Shown: positions 8,614 to 16,421, counted from the first letter of the stretch. The stretch: 49,823 nt of DNA from a virus (IMGVR_UViG_3300032007_001569), one strand, 5' to 3'. A program made the numbers and translations. The notes: generated by a model not told the origin, from the sequence alone.

Positions 8614-8763
8614 CTACTGATACCGCACAGTCACGCGCACCGCGTGCCAGGCGCACGCCTTGCGGACGCGACGACAGGCCAACGCGCGGGAAATACTCTT
8701 GACAACCTCTTCAGCCACAGCGCCCAGCGCCAACAGCGAACACAGAAACAACAGCGCGATCAT
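8614..8763 (-). CDS. Small membrane-anchored protein (49 aa, MIALLFLCSLLALGAVAEE...)
   Basis: Hand-translated; GGAGG RBS; hydrophobic N-terminus, basic C-terminus. Confidence 0.55.
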   Translation of the reverse strand: MIALLFLCSLLALGAVAEEVVKSISRALACRRVRKACAWHAVRVTVRYQ

Positions 8764-8777
8764 GATATAACCTCCCT

Positions 8778-8945
8778 TTACTCGAAAACTGTCCAGCCCT
8801 CAGCGGTCGGACTCGGCGTCTTGATAGCTTGCGCGATCTGCGCCTCGGTGAACCTTGTAGCCCTTCGCAGCCATTCAGCCGCGCCATTGTAGGAATCAAA
8901 AATCATGATCTGATTGAAACGGTTCCCCGTATATACGACAAACAT
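8778..8945 (-). CDS. Hypothetical protein
   Basis: Start refined to MFVVYT with GGAGG RBS. Confidence 0.6.
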   Translation of the reverse strand: MFVVYTGNRFNQIMIFDSYNGAAEWLRRATRFTEAQIAQAIKTPSPTAEGWTVFE

Positions 8946-8959
8946 TTCAGCGCCTCCCG

Positions 8960-9307
8960 TCAAAACGTCAGCCGCGCAAAGATATTCAGCGCGCGCAATG
9001 CCTTTTCCCTGTTCGCCTCGCTGATCCGCCGCCTCAAATACTTTTCAGTCTCGGCGTAGTTACCGCAGCCGGAACGCATGGCAAACTTCTTGATGAAAGC
9101 CCTGTCGCGGTCGTCGTCCACTCGAATGGCCTTCAGCTTGTCCATCTGAACGCTGAACGTACCGGAATAGCAGACGCACAGCGCCAGGAAATTTTCATGG
9201 CCTCGAATCGGCGGAACCTGCCAAATCCTGTAGCCCTCCGGGATTTTGTCTACAATCTCGAACACGTCTTCGCGGCCATAGTCGCGGTCAATGATGATCT
9301 TATCCAT
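8960..9307 (-). CDS. Hypothetical protein
   Basis: ORF with AAGGAGG RBS. Confidence 0.7.
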   Translation of the reverse strand: MDKIIIDRDYGREDVFEIVDKIPEGYRIWQVPPIRGHENFLALCVCYSGTFSVQMDKLKAIRVDDDRDRAFIKKFAMRSGCGNYAETEKYLRRRISEANREKALRALNIFARLTF

Positions 9308-9322
9308 TTTCAAATCCTCCTT

Positions 9323-9655
9323 TCAGCACCATGCGATTAACTTGTTCAGGTTGAACCGGTTGGAAGATTCCAGCGTCTTTTCCTCCAGCGTCTTGATAAC
9401 TGCCCATTTACCGGCGTTCTTCTCGCGCTCGAAGGTCTCCGCGATGTACTCGCCGGTGCCGTCGTAGTGCTTCATGTAGTAAACCCGGCGATATGTGGCG
9501 GTCGTTTCGGTCTCGCCGATCTTCTTCATGAACGCGGGATAGTCGTAACCATAAACAGGATTGTAAAGATAATTGGCAACGTCGAATTTGTAGCCGTTCT
9601 CGGTGGTGATCTTCAGCAGCTTGTTGATATACACCGGTTTAACATTGCGTGTCAT
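9323..9655 (-). CDS. Hypothetical protein
   Basis: First ORF after P5; AAGGAG RBS. Confidence 0.7.
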   Translation of the reverse strand: MTRNVKPVYINKLLKITTENGYKFDVANYLYNPVYGYDYPAFMKKIGETETTATYRRVYYMKHYDGTGEYIAETFEREKNAGKWAVIKTLEEKTLESSNRFNLNKLIAWC

Positions 9656-9708
9656 TGTTAGCGCTCCTTTCGGCTGGTCGGTTTGTTCCGTTCCCTTGAT
9701 CTGGCTGT

Positions 9709-9737
9709 AGTGTAACTCGGTTTTTCTCCATTGTCAA
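9709..9737 (-). promoter_or_regulatory. Cassette promoter P5
   Basis: TTGACA-atggagaaaaaCCGAGT-TACACT; GAGTC box at 33 bp. Confidence 0.9.
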
Positions 9738-9799
9738 CACCTTTTTGAAATTTTCTTTTGTAAAGAATGTGAGTCCTTCGCCCCTCATTCCAGGGATCA

Positions 9800-9965
9800 A
9801 TAATTCAATATTTTCAGAAATTGAAAAAAGCTGGAGGCAGTGCGTCAACTTTTCAGCGTATTTGAAAACGGGCGTTTCTGAATCACATTTCGGCTATTTT
9901 TGAAAACGTTTGTTTTCTGGTTCTGCAGACTTTTTCCGTTTTTGAAAATGCGGATTTTCTGGAAT
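9800..9965. repeat. 25-bp motif tract F
   Basis: atttttgaaaacgtttgttttctgg; gtttttgaaaatgcggattttctgg. Confidence 0.8.
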
Positions 9966-9969
9966 GGAC

Positions 9970-9999
9970 AAAAGAAAAGCCCGACTTTTCGCCGGGCTT
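9970..9999 (-). terminator. Intrinsic terminator
   Basis: AAGCCCG/CGGGCTT stem plus T-run. Confidence 0.8.
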
Positions 10000-10004
10000 G
10001 TCGG

Positions 10005-10187
10005 TCAATACAATGCGTTAAACGCCTCGATGATTTCCGCTCGGCGTGGTTCCAGGTGCTCAGGAATGCGGAAATACATGTCGCCGGTTCTGCCAAGATA
10101 AACATCAAAATCCGCTTGCTCTCCGTCCTTCAACTCCACACGCATGTAAATGTGATTCCCGTAGGTGTGCTCGGTGATTTTCCTCAT
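10005..10187 (-). CDS. Hypothetical protein
   Basis: Start refined to MRKITE with GGAGG RBS. Confidence 0.65.
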   Translation of the reverse strand: MRKITEHTYGNHIYMRVELKDGEQADFDVYLGRTGDMYFRIPEHLEPRRAEIIEAFNALY

Positions 10188-10189
10188 TG

Positions 10190-10393
10190 TCAAGCCCTCC
10201 CATACTCCATAATTTCCCACAGGTCGCCGACTCCCTCGATCTTGATTCCCAGGCTCTCAGCCGCAGCGCGCGCGGCCTCTTCGCTCTTGTAGCTCTTGCC
10301 GTCTGTCGGATTTGTGCCGGTGGCGATAACCTCAACGATACCATAGCGGCGGCGATTGCCATAGCCGTTAATCATGATGGCGTACTTTTTCAT
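10190..10393 (-). CDS. Hypothetical protein
   Basis: First ORF after P6; GGAGG RBS. Confidence 0.65.
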   Translation of the reverse strand: MKKYAIMINGYGNRRRYGIVEVIATGTNPTDGKSYKSEEAARAAAESLGIKIEGVGDLWEIMEYGRA

Positions 10394-10425
10394 GTGTCTC
10401 GGCCTCCTTCGTTTGATCTGGTTTG

Positions 10426-10454
10426 ATTGTAACTCGGCTTTTTTCTTTTGTCAA
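10426..10454 (-). promoter_or_regulatory. Cassette promoter P6
   Basis: TTGACA-aaagaaaaaagCCGAGT-TACAAT. Confidence 0.9.
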
Positions 10455-10499
10455 TAGGTTTTTGAAATTTATTTTTGTGATTTTTTTTGCGCCATTGTT

Positions 10500-10670
10500 T
10501 CCCTGTTTTCCGAAATGAGCTTTTCCTGGCGTGAGGCCCAGGAGACATGTGTGTTTGAAAATGCGCGTTTTCTGGTTGCCCCATGCCAATTTTCCGCAAT
10601 TTTGAAAAACGATCCTTTGTTGTCGTTGCCGGACAAAAAGCGCGCGTGTTTAGAAACGGGAATTTCCTGG
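10500..10670. repeat. 25-bp motif tract G
   Basis: gttttccgaaatgagcttttcctgg; gtgtttgaaaatgcgcgttttctgg; gtgtttagaaacgggaatttcctgg. Confidence 0.85.
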
Positions 10671-10676
10671 ACGGAC

Positions 10677-10705
10677 AAAAAAAGACGCAGCGCCCAGCCG
10701 CGTCT
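10677..10705 (-). terminator. Intrinsic terminator
   Basis: GACGC/GCGTC stem plus T7 run on the minus strand. Confidence 0.65.
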
Positions 10706-10738
10706 TAACTTTGTTTCCGGTCTATAACTTTGTTTGTG

Positions 10739-10999
10739 TTATGCTACATCTTCCAGCGCGCCCATACTTTCCAGCGCGAACATAAACGCAGCCGCTTCTC
10801 GGTCGCTTGAAATAATGTCGCCGCGAAATTTGACAAACTCGCCGACAAACGCGGCGAATTTTTCGTTTTTACAGGCTTCATCAAACGCCTTGACAGCTTC
10901 ATCATAACCGGCGACTCGGTCGTAGTTGTCATAAAGAAATTCGTATTCCTGATTGAATTTCTCGGCGAACTCCTGGATATTGACGTTAATAGCTTTCAT
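10739..10999 (-). CDS. Small acidic hypothetical protein
   Basis: ORF with GGAGG RBS. Confidence 0.7.
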   Translation of the reverse strand: MKAINVNIQEFAEKFNQEYEFLYDNYDRVAGYDEAVKAFDEACKNEKFAAFVGEFVKFRGDIISSDREAAAFMFALESMGALEDVA

Positions 11000-11012
11000 T
11001 GTTGCGCCCTCC

Positions 11013-11150
11013 TTATTTCATGATCGCGTCATTTTGCGCTTGCATGTCCTGCCAAATCTCGTTGGCCTCTTTGTCTAAATCCTTATAGGCGATTTCCCCG
11101 CGCCTATACAGGTCGATGGCAAGATTCACCGCGTCAGCATAAGTCCACAT
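11013..11150 (-). CDS. Small hypothetical protein (45 aa, MWTYADAVNL...)
   Basis: Hand-translated; AAGGAG RBS; first ORF after P7. Confidence 0.6.
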   Translation of the reverse strand: MWTYADAVNLAIDLYRRGEIAYKDLDKEANEIWQDMQAQNDAIMK

Positions 11151-11202
11151 GGTCAACGCTCCTTTCGGTCGCCGGTCGTTGTTGTTCCCTGTTGATGGCT
11201 GT

Positions 11203-11231
11203 AGTGTAACTCGGTTTACTTAACTTGTCAA
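11203..11231 (-). promoter_or_regulatory. Cassette promoter P7
   Basis: TTGACA-agttaagtaaaCCGAGT-TACACT; GAGTC box at 33 bp. Confidence 0.9.
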
Positions 11232-11299
11232 TAGCTATTTGAAATTTTGTTATGTTAATTCGATGAGTCATCCCCTGGTTCCTGGCGCGATCAGGAAGC

Positions 11300-11520
11300 G
11301 CACGTTTTCAGAAATGGCGTTTTTCTGGTTCTGCCTTAAACCGGACGCGCCAATAATTTCTCGTTGTTAAAACGTCCTTTTATTGAAAAAGTAATGCCCT
11401 ATAATAGGGGAAATATGAATGGCGGATTTTGCCCCAGCAGCCAAGAGTCGCACGTTTTTCAAAATTCGGTTTTCCTGGAGGCGAAGACTCCGCGTTTTTG
11501 AATATGGGATTTTTCTGCGC
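11300..11520. repeat. 25-bp motif tract H
   Basis: gttttcagaaatggcgtttttctgg and variants. Confidence 0.75.
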
Positions 11521-11524
11521 GGAC

Positions 11525-11551
11525 AAAAAGAAAAGCCGGATTGCTCCGGCT
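11525..11551 (-). terminator. Intrinsic terminator
   Basis: AGCCGGA/TCCGGCT stem plus T-run. Confidence 0.75.
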
Positions 11552-11757
11552 CAGTAAATCCAAATTTCATGCTGATAGGTTTCCCCGTCCAGGTCGATAT
11601 TTATGATCCAATCTCCTTTTTCGTCTTCCGGCTCTACATACTCATTTAACCAAATTTCAGATGTTGTTATTGCGTGGTTGATCCCTCCATGCCAACCAAT
11701 AGCCCAGGCGGACACCAGCGCGGCGACGATCAGTAAAGCGGCGGCAGCTCTTTTCAT
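11551..11757 (-). CDS. Small secreted or membrane-anchored protein
   Basis: MKRAAAALLIVAALVSAWAIGW signal/TM segment; GGAGG RBS. Confidence 0.7.
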   Translation of the reverse strand: MKRAAAALLIVAALVSAWAIGWHGGINHAITTSEIWLNEYVEPEDEKGDWIINIDLDGETYQHEIWIY

Positions 11758-11771
11758 TGTTTTATCCTCCC

Positions 11772-12047
11772 TTAATCCATATAGTTTTCTTGACGCTCCA
11801 AGATTCGGCCCTCCCAGTAGTCGGCCTCGGCGTTAAAGGGGCGACGTTCCAGGGGCGCGACGCGCAGCAGCTTGATACCATCCACCAGCAAGACGCCATT
11901 GTCAATCGTCCAGGCGTGGCGCGTGGGCGGCGTCTGATTCTTCCGGCAATAGTCCATGATCCCGTTGTATACATCCATCACATTAACCGGTGAATTAAAG
12001 GGAATTTCCATCTTCTCAATGATTCTTTCAATGTCTCGGCGTGCCAT
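11772..12047 (-). CDS. Hypothetical protein
   Basis: First ORF after P8; GGAGG RBS. Confidence 0.7.
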   Translation of the reverse strand: MARRDIERIIEKMEIPFNSPVNVMDVYNGIMDYCRKNQTPPTRHAWTIDNGVLLVDGIKLLRVAPLERRPFNAEADYWEGRILERQENYMD

Positions 12048-12078
12048 TGTGTTTTCCTCCCTCGCTTGATCTGTTTGA

Positions 12079-12107
12079 ATTGTAACTCGGTTTAATCAGC
12101 TTGTCAA
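12079..12107 (-). promoter_or_regulatory. Cassette promoter P8
   Basis: TTGACA-agctgattaaaCCGAGT-TACAAT. Confidence 0.9.
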
Positions 12108-12159
12108 TACCTTTTTGAAATTTTTCTTGAATTATTTATCTCTCTTCTTTCGTGCCAGG

Positions 12160-12420
12160 GATTGAACATTTTCCGAAACACGGTTTTTCCATCGGCATTT
12201 ACACAAATTTCCGCAGTTTTTCAATATTGCGGAATTTTGTAAAAGTGTCCGCAGTTTTTCCGGTTTTGCGGATGATTTTCCAAAGCCGGGCGCACAACTT
12301 TTCCGCGTTTTGAAATACGGGAATTTTCTGGATCGCCTCGCCAATTTTTCTTGATTTTGAAAAACGCAGACTTTCCGGCACCAGGCTCGGCGCGTTTTCC
12401 AATACGCAAATTTTCTGACG
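12160..12420. repeat. 25-bp motif tract I
   Basis: gttttgaaatacgggaattttctgg; gttttccaatacgcaaattttctga. Confidence 0.75.
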
Positions 12421-12425
12421 CGCAC

Positions 12426-12450
12426 AAAAAAGGCGGGCACGCGGCCCGCG
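12426..12450 (-). terminator. Intrinsic terminator
   Basis: GCGGGC/GCCCGC stem plus T6 run. Confidence 0.7.
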
Positions 12451-12459
12451 CTTTTTCCT

Positions 12460-12654
12460 CTACTCTTCGGTGTTTATGATCTCGCTAATCTCAATGGGCG
12501 TTTCCCTCAGAACGTCATGATTCAGCTTTTCCGCGTTCACCATGGCCATTGCTTCGCGCACTGTTTCCGCCTCGAATGATCTGTTAATGATGTTTCCTGT
12601 CGGTCTCAGCGTTTCCGGGTTTCGCTTGAAACATATTGTTTTAATAATATACAC
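12460..12654 (-). CDS. Hypothetical protein
   Basis: GTG start with GGAG RBS. Confidence 0.6.
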   Translation of the reverse strand: MYIIKTICFKRNPETLRPTGNIINRSFEAETVREAMAMVNAEKLNHDVLRETPIEISEIINTEE

Positions 12655-12669
12655 TCTTATTCACTCCGA

Positions 12670-13065
12670 TCAATCAATATAGCAGTTAATCACGTTGACA
12701 TTGTTTGCCTTGCACTTTTCCACAAGCTCGAGCCGCGTGTTGTAGCGCTCAATATCTCCGGCAAAAGCTCCGGCCAGGTCTTCACGTTCCGCCAGTCGTT
12801 TATAATAATCCATCGTTCGCAGGTCGTTAAAGTATATAATTTTTCCGTCGCAGATAATAACGCGGTTCATGGTTCCGTCGATTGTGCAGCCCCACAAACC
12901 AGCCGCGCGAACAGTCCTAGAATAGTCAATTTGTCTGTTTGGTTGCAGGTCGCAGAATTTCCAGGCGTTGCGGATTATTCCGCAAGTTTTCCCGTCGTCG
13001 TCTCGAACGGTGATTGAAGTTTTCCCGATCTTGACATGCTTTCCTTCAGCTCCGAAAATATCCAT
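12670..13065 (-). CDS. Hypothetical protein
   Basis: ORF with AAGGAG RBS. Confidence 0.7.
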   Translation of the reverse strand: MDIFGAEGKHVKIGKTSITVRDDDGKTCGIIRNAWKFCDLQPNRQIDYSRTVRAAGLWGCTIDGTMNRVIICDGKIIYFNDLRTMDYYKRLAEREDLAGAFAGDIERYNTRLELVEKCKANNVNVINCYID

Positions 13066-13078
13066 TGCGGTTTCTCCT

Positions 13079-13408
13079 TTACCTGTAGTCGCCGTCGTTC
13101 ATTTCTTCCGCCATCGCTTCACATTCTCCGCGCCAGGGGCAGCAGCCGCAGCCGGTTTCGTGCATCCCTTCCAGCGCAATGTGCAAATCACTCCAGCCGC
13201 TATAAAGGTCGTAGTCACGATTCACCGCGCGGGCGAATTTCTCCATCATTTCCGGCGTAACATCTCCGGTGTTGATTCCCGGCATTGTGAGTCCGACAAC
13301 CTCGCCTTCGCAGATTGCCAGCGCATAATCTCCGCTGTCGTCGGTATAGGGCCTGCACCAGCTCAGATTTTCCCCGTCGTGATTCTCCATGTACTCCAGA
13401 TACTTCAT
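13079..13408 (-). CDS. Acidic hypothetical protein with C-terminal CGCCPWRGEC cluster
   Basis: Start refined to MKYLEY with GGAGG RBS. Confidence 0.7.
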   Translation of the reverse strand: MKYLEYMENHDGENLSWCRPYTDDSGDYALAICEGEVVGLTMPGINTGDVTPEMMEKFARAVNRDYDLYSGWSDLHIALEGMHETGCGCCPWRGECEAMAEEMNDGDYR

Positions 13409-13456
13409 TTTCTCCGCGCCTCCGATCAATTCAAATTTTCCTTTGGGATTGACTGA

Positions 13457-13485
13457 AGTGTAACTCGGTTTATTTTTCTTGTCAA
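13457..13485 (-). promoter_or_regulatory. Cassette promoter P9
   Basis: TTGACA-agaaaaataaaCCGAGT-TACACT; GAGTC box at 33 bp. Confidence 0.9.
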
Positions 13486-13539
13486 TAGATTTTTGCAATT
13501 ATCCTTTGTAAAGATTCCGAGTCCTATTCGGCAGAATTT

Positions 13540-14080
13540 CCGGCAGAATTTCCCGCGCCAGGTTATCCATATTTTCTAATATCGCTTTTTCCTGCCAGGC
13601 GTGACAGTCTTCCGGCGTTTTCCAATATCGGCTTTTCCTGTTTCCGGTGCCAGAATTTCCATGTATTGCAAAACGATTCTTTCCGGCGATCCAGATTATC
13701 CGCGTATTTGAAAATGACTTTTTCCCGCGCGCGTCACGCCAGATTTTCCCGTTATTGAAAAACAATAATTTCCTGCGGATGATCGCCAGGAATGAAACGT
13801 TTTTGAAAATGGGTTTTTCCTGTCGGCGCGCCTCCAGAATTTCCATGTTTTGAAAAACGCATTTCTTCCGGCAGCGCGGCCAGGATGAAACGCGCGTCAT
13901 TTCTTCCGGTCAAAAAGACATTTTCCATTATTGGGATTTTCCCGCATATGTTTTTCAATTTTTCCCGGTTTTTGAAAATTTCCATTCCGGCGCTTCAGAA
14001 TTTCCGTGTATTCAAAAACGCCATTTCTTCCACGCATGATGCCAGATTTTCCCGATTTTCCAAAACGGAATTTTCCTGAC
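13540..14080. repeat. Longest 25-bp motif tract J (~540 bp)
   Basis: Repeating ccagaWtttcc..tWttgaaaaacg..Wttttcc units of about 40-48 bp. Confidence 0.85.
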
Positions 14081-14085
14081 AGGCA

Positions 14086-14113
14086 AAAAGAAAAGGCCGG
14101 GTTTTTCCCGGCC
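14086..14113 (-). terminator. Intrinsic terminator
   Basis: GGCCGGG/CCCGGCC stem plus T-run. Confidence 0.8.
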
Positions 14114-14126
14114 AGGTTTTCCTCGG

Positions 14127-14462
14127 TCATTCGTCCTTGTATTCCGCGTCTACGAAAACGATGTTTTTTTCCTCGGATTCAAGCATAATGCTTTCCTGAT
14201 TGAGCGCGGCGCGAAGCTCTCGAACCAGGGGCAGGATCTCAGCGCGCGTCACGCCAGCAACGTTAAACCGGATTGAAGGCTCACAGATTCGCGTGCCGTC
14301 CATGTGCTGATAGATGCCGTAGATGCCCTCGGTCTCCAGCGTGGCGCAGAAGTGATGCCGGTTAATGGCGTCAATCACGGTTTCGATGTAGTAGCTTTTG
14401 TCGTGCTCCTGCTTGTGTGTGTCCTGATCGAACAGGCCAACAGTGATAATGTGGTTCATCAT
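14127..14462 (-). CDS. Hypothetical protein, possibly SAM-lyase/PII-like (DUF3574-like) fold
   Basis: GIY....G....EPSIR...L...LNQESIML pattern; GAGGAG RBS. Confidence is for the gene; the fold is a guess. Confidence 0.65.
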   Translation of the reverse strand: MMNHIITVGLFDQDTHKQEHDKSYYIETVIDAINRHHFCATLETEGIYGIYQHMDGTRICEPSIRFNVAGVTRAEILPLVRELRAALNQESIMLESEEKNIVFVDAEYKDE

Positions 14463-14499
14463 GGTATTTCGCTCCTCTCGTTTCTCTCGATCTGTCTGG

Positions 14500-14528
14500 A
14501 TTGTAACTCGGTCTAGCTCGATTGTCAA
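14500..14528 (-). promoter_or_regulatory. Cassette promoter P10
   Basis: TTGACA-atcgagctagaCCGAGT-TACAAT; GAGTC box at 33 bp. Confidence 0.9.
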
Positions 14529-14634
14529 CAGGTTTTAGAAAATTTATTTCGTTAAGAATTTGAGTCGGTCTGTCATGCCAGGATTCAAGCGTTTTTGAAA
14601 ACCGGGATTTTTTGGCCGGAAGCACGGCGGGGGA

Positions 14635-15468
14635 TTAGATCCCCGCGTACTTCTTGAAGATTTTCACGATCTTCTCGGCGGCAACCTGCGCTTTGTGCAG
14701 CCGGTAGTCTCGGATCGTCGGATAGCGCCGGGCGTCTTTCGGCTCATCGTTGAAGTGCTCAACGAAGTTATTAACGACGGCCTCGGTTATCGCCTTGCAG
14801 CAGCGCACAGCGTTCATATACTGGTCAGCGTTTACGAATTTGACAAGCCTAAACTCCAGCGTGTTGTTGTGCTGTACGTTGATGAAATTGACGTGTTCGG
14901 TGGCGTAGGTTTCCATGTTAATCGGGGAGGCGTAGTAGGTAAAGCCGCGTCCGAACAGGCGCTCGGTGGCTTCCGGGTTCCGCTCCATTGCCTCGGACAG
15001 TGGGACGAATAGCGAGTTATAAAAGCGCCTGATGTAACCGATTGTCTCGGCGTTAATCATGTTTTTATGGCCGATGTGTGTATGTGTGCCGCATTCATCG
15101 CCGATTTTCAGCTCTCCAGCGTCAATCAAGCGGCCAAAAGTGACGGCGTGTTTGGTCAATGCGTTCATGCCCTGATAGATGGGGCTTTTGTACTCCACAT
15201 TAACCGTACAGTCAGAGGTGGGCAGGTATCCGTCCAGCAGGATCTCGGCGCGCGCCTTCTCGGTGGAAAAGCTGGTCTCCAGCTCCACGCCATAGGTGAA
15301 CGGGTTCACCTTCTCGGTGCCATGGCGGAAGTCGTTCTCGGTGGAATAACCCAACAGCCTATTGGCGTGAAAATCGCACATATACACGGCGCGCTCACCA
15401 CGACGGGCGGCGGTGGTCTTCACGGTTCCCATGTTCAGGCAGTTTTTGCAAGCGCAACGGATCATCAT
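14635..15468 (-). CDS. Putative amidoligase (COOH-NH2 ligase, Amidoligase_2-like)
   Basis: FTYGVELET, SDCTV..EYKSP, CGTHTHIG, TLEFRL motifs; N-terminal Cys cluster. Confidence 0.8.
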   Translation of the reverse strand: MMIRCACKNCLNMGTVKTTAARRGERAVYMCDFHANRLLGYSTENDFRHGTEKVNPFTYGVELETSFSTEKARAEILLDGYLPTSDCTVNVEYKSPIYQGMNALTKHAVTFGRLIDAGELKIGDECGTHTHIGHKNMINAETIGYIRRFYNSLFVPLSEAMERNPEATERLFGRGFTYYASPINMETYATEHVNFINVQHNNTLEFRLVKFVNADQYMNAVRCCKAITEAVVNNFVEHFNDEPKDARRYPTIRDYRLHKAQVAAEKIVKIFKKYAGI

Positions 15469-15535
15469 TTTCAGGCCCTCCATTCATTTTGTCGGTTTGG
15501 CTCGGCGCTCATCGCCGTAACCGGTTTATGGCTGT

Positions 15536-15564
15536 ATCTTAACTCGGCGACGCGCCATTGTCAA
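15536..15564 (-). promoter_or_regulatory. Cassette promoter P11
   Basis: TTGACA-atggcgcgtcgCCGAGT-TAAGAT. Confidence 0.85.
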
Positions 15565-15739
15565 CAGGTTTTTGCCAGATTTTTTCGATTTTACAAAACC
15601 TTTACAATTCGGTTCCTGGTGGGCCTGGACTGTCACGGGCGGATTTTTTCGCCTATAATAGTAGATATTCCCTCGGCAGCTTGCGCCTTTTTGCGCGATA
15701 TATGGAAGGGATTTTTGCGCCGAGTTTAATCAATGGCGC

Positions 15740-15850
15740 ACAACAGGACGACAGGACACAAAAAGCGCCGACAACAGGACGACAGGAAAACAGGACAGCA
15801 GGACGACAGCAGGGCAGGACGACAGCGCGCGCCGACAGGACGACGGAAAC
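15740..15850. repeat. Degenerate CAGGACGA short tandem repeats
   Basis: acaacaggacgacaggac occurs twice; caggacga recurs about 5 times with caggaa/caggac variants. Confidence 0.75.
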
Positions 15851-16169
15851 CGGAAGCGGAATTATGTTTCATGACGTGAAATATTGTCAATGTGGACGAA
15901 AACAGGGAAAAAGCGCGAAAAAACGAGGAAAAAAGACGTTTTTTGAGAATTTGCAGGATAAAATGGGAAAAATGCAGGAAATCTTGCAGGATTGAAACAG
16001 CAGGATCAGAATTATCGTTTTTCGATATGAGCAGGGACGACAGCAACAAAAAACCGTTTTCAAAAATCGTGAAAAATTGGATCACGTTTTTCAAAACGCC
16101 ATTTTTTTGTAGTGTTTAGCTGTATCATGTGATACTACTCAAGTCCATATTATGTACTATTATGGACAT

Positions 16170-16421
16170 AGGGGATATATTAACCCTACAATAGAGGGGA
16201 TATATTTACATCTTAGAGGTATTCTGTATATACTCTACTTCGTATAAGGTGTTCCCCTTCACTCTCAAAAAATTTAATCCCCCTTCTTTCTCAAATTTCT
16301 TCACTCTGAATAAAAAAGACTCGCATCCCTCTACGACATATTTCCCCTACTTTAGGCGAATATCGAAACACAATGACCGCGAATTAAATATCCCCTATTC
16401 TAGGCGAAATTTATATCCCCT
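16170..16421. repeat. Iteron-like ATATCCCCT boxes
   Basis: Reverse copies at 16170 and 16195; forward copies at 16388 and 16413; variant at 16338. Confidence 0.65.

Noticed and set aside
6920-14080. Repeat tracts as CRISPR arrays
   Set aside because: Copies are too degenerate, mixed in orientation and dispersed in short tracts; the ~22-bp intervals are similar to each other; no leader or cas genes are present.
13499-14130. ORF-track ORFs inside repeat tracts (also 6904-7125, 8227-8496, 10390-10678, 12132-12440, 15558-16119)
   Set aside because: K/F/N/R-rich translations of A/T tracts, without RBS, crossing terminators and promoters.
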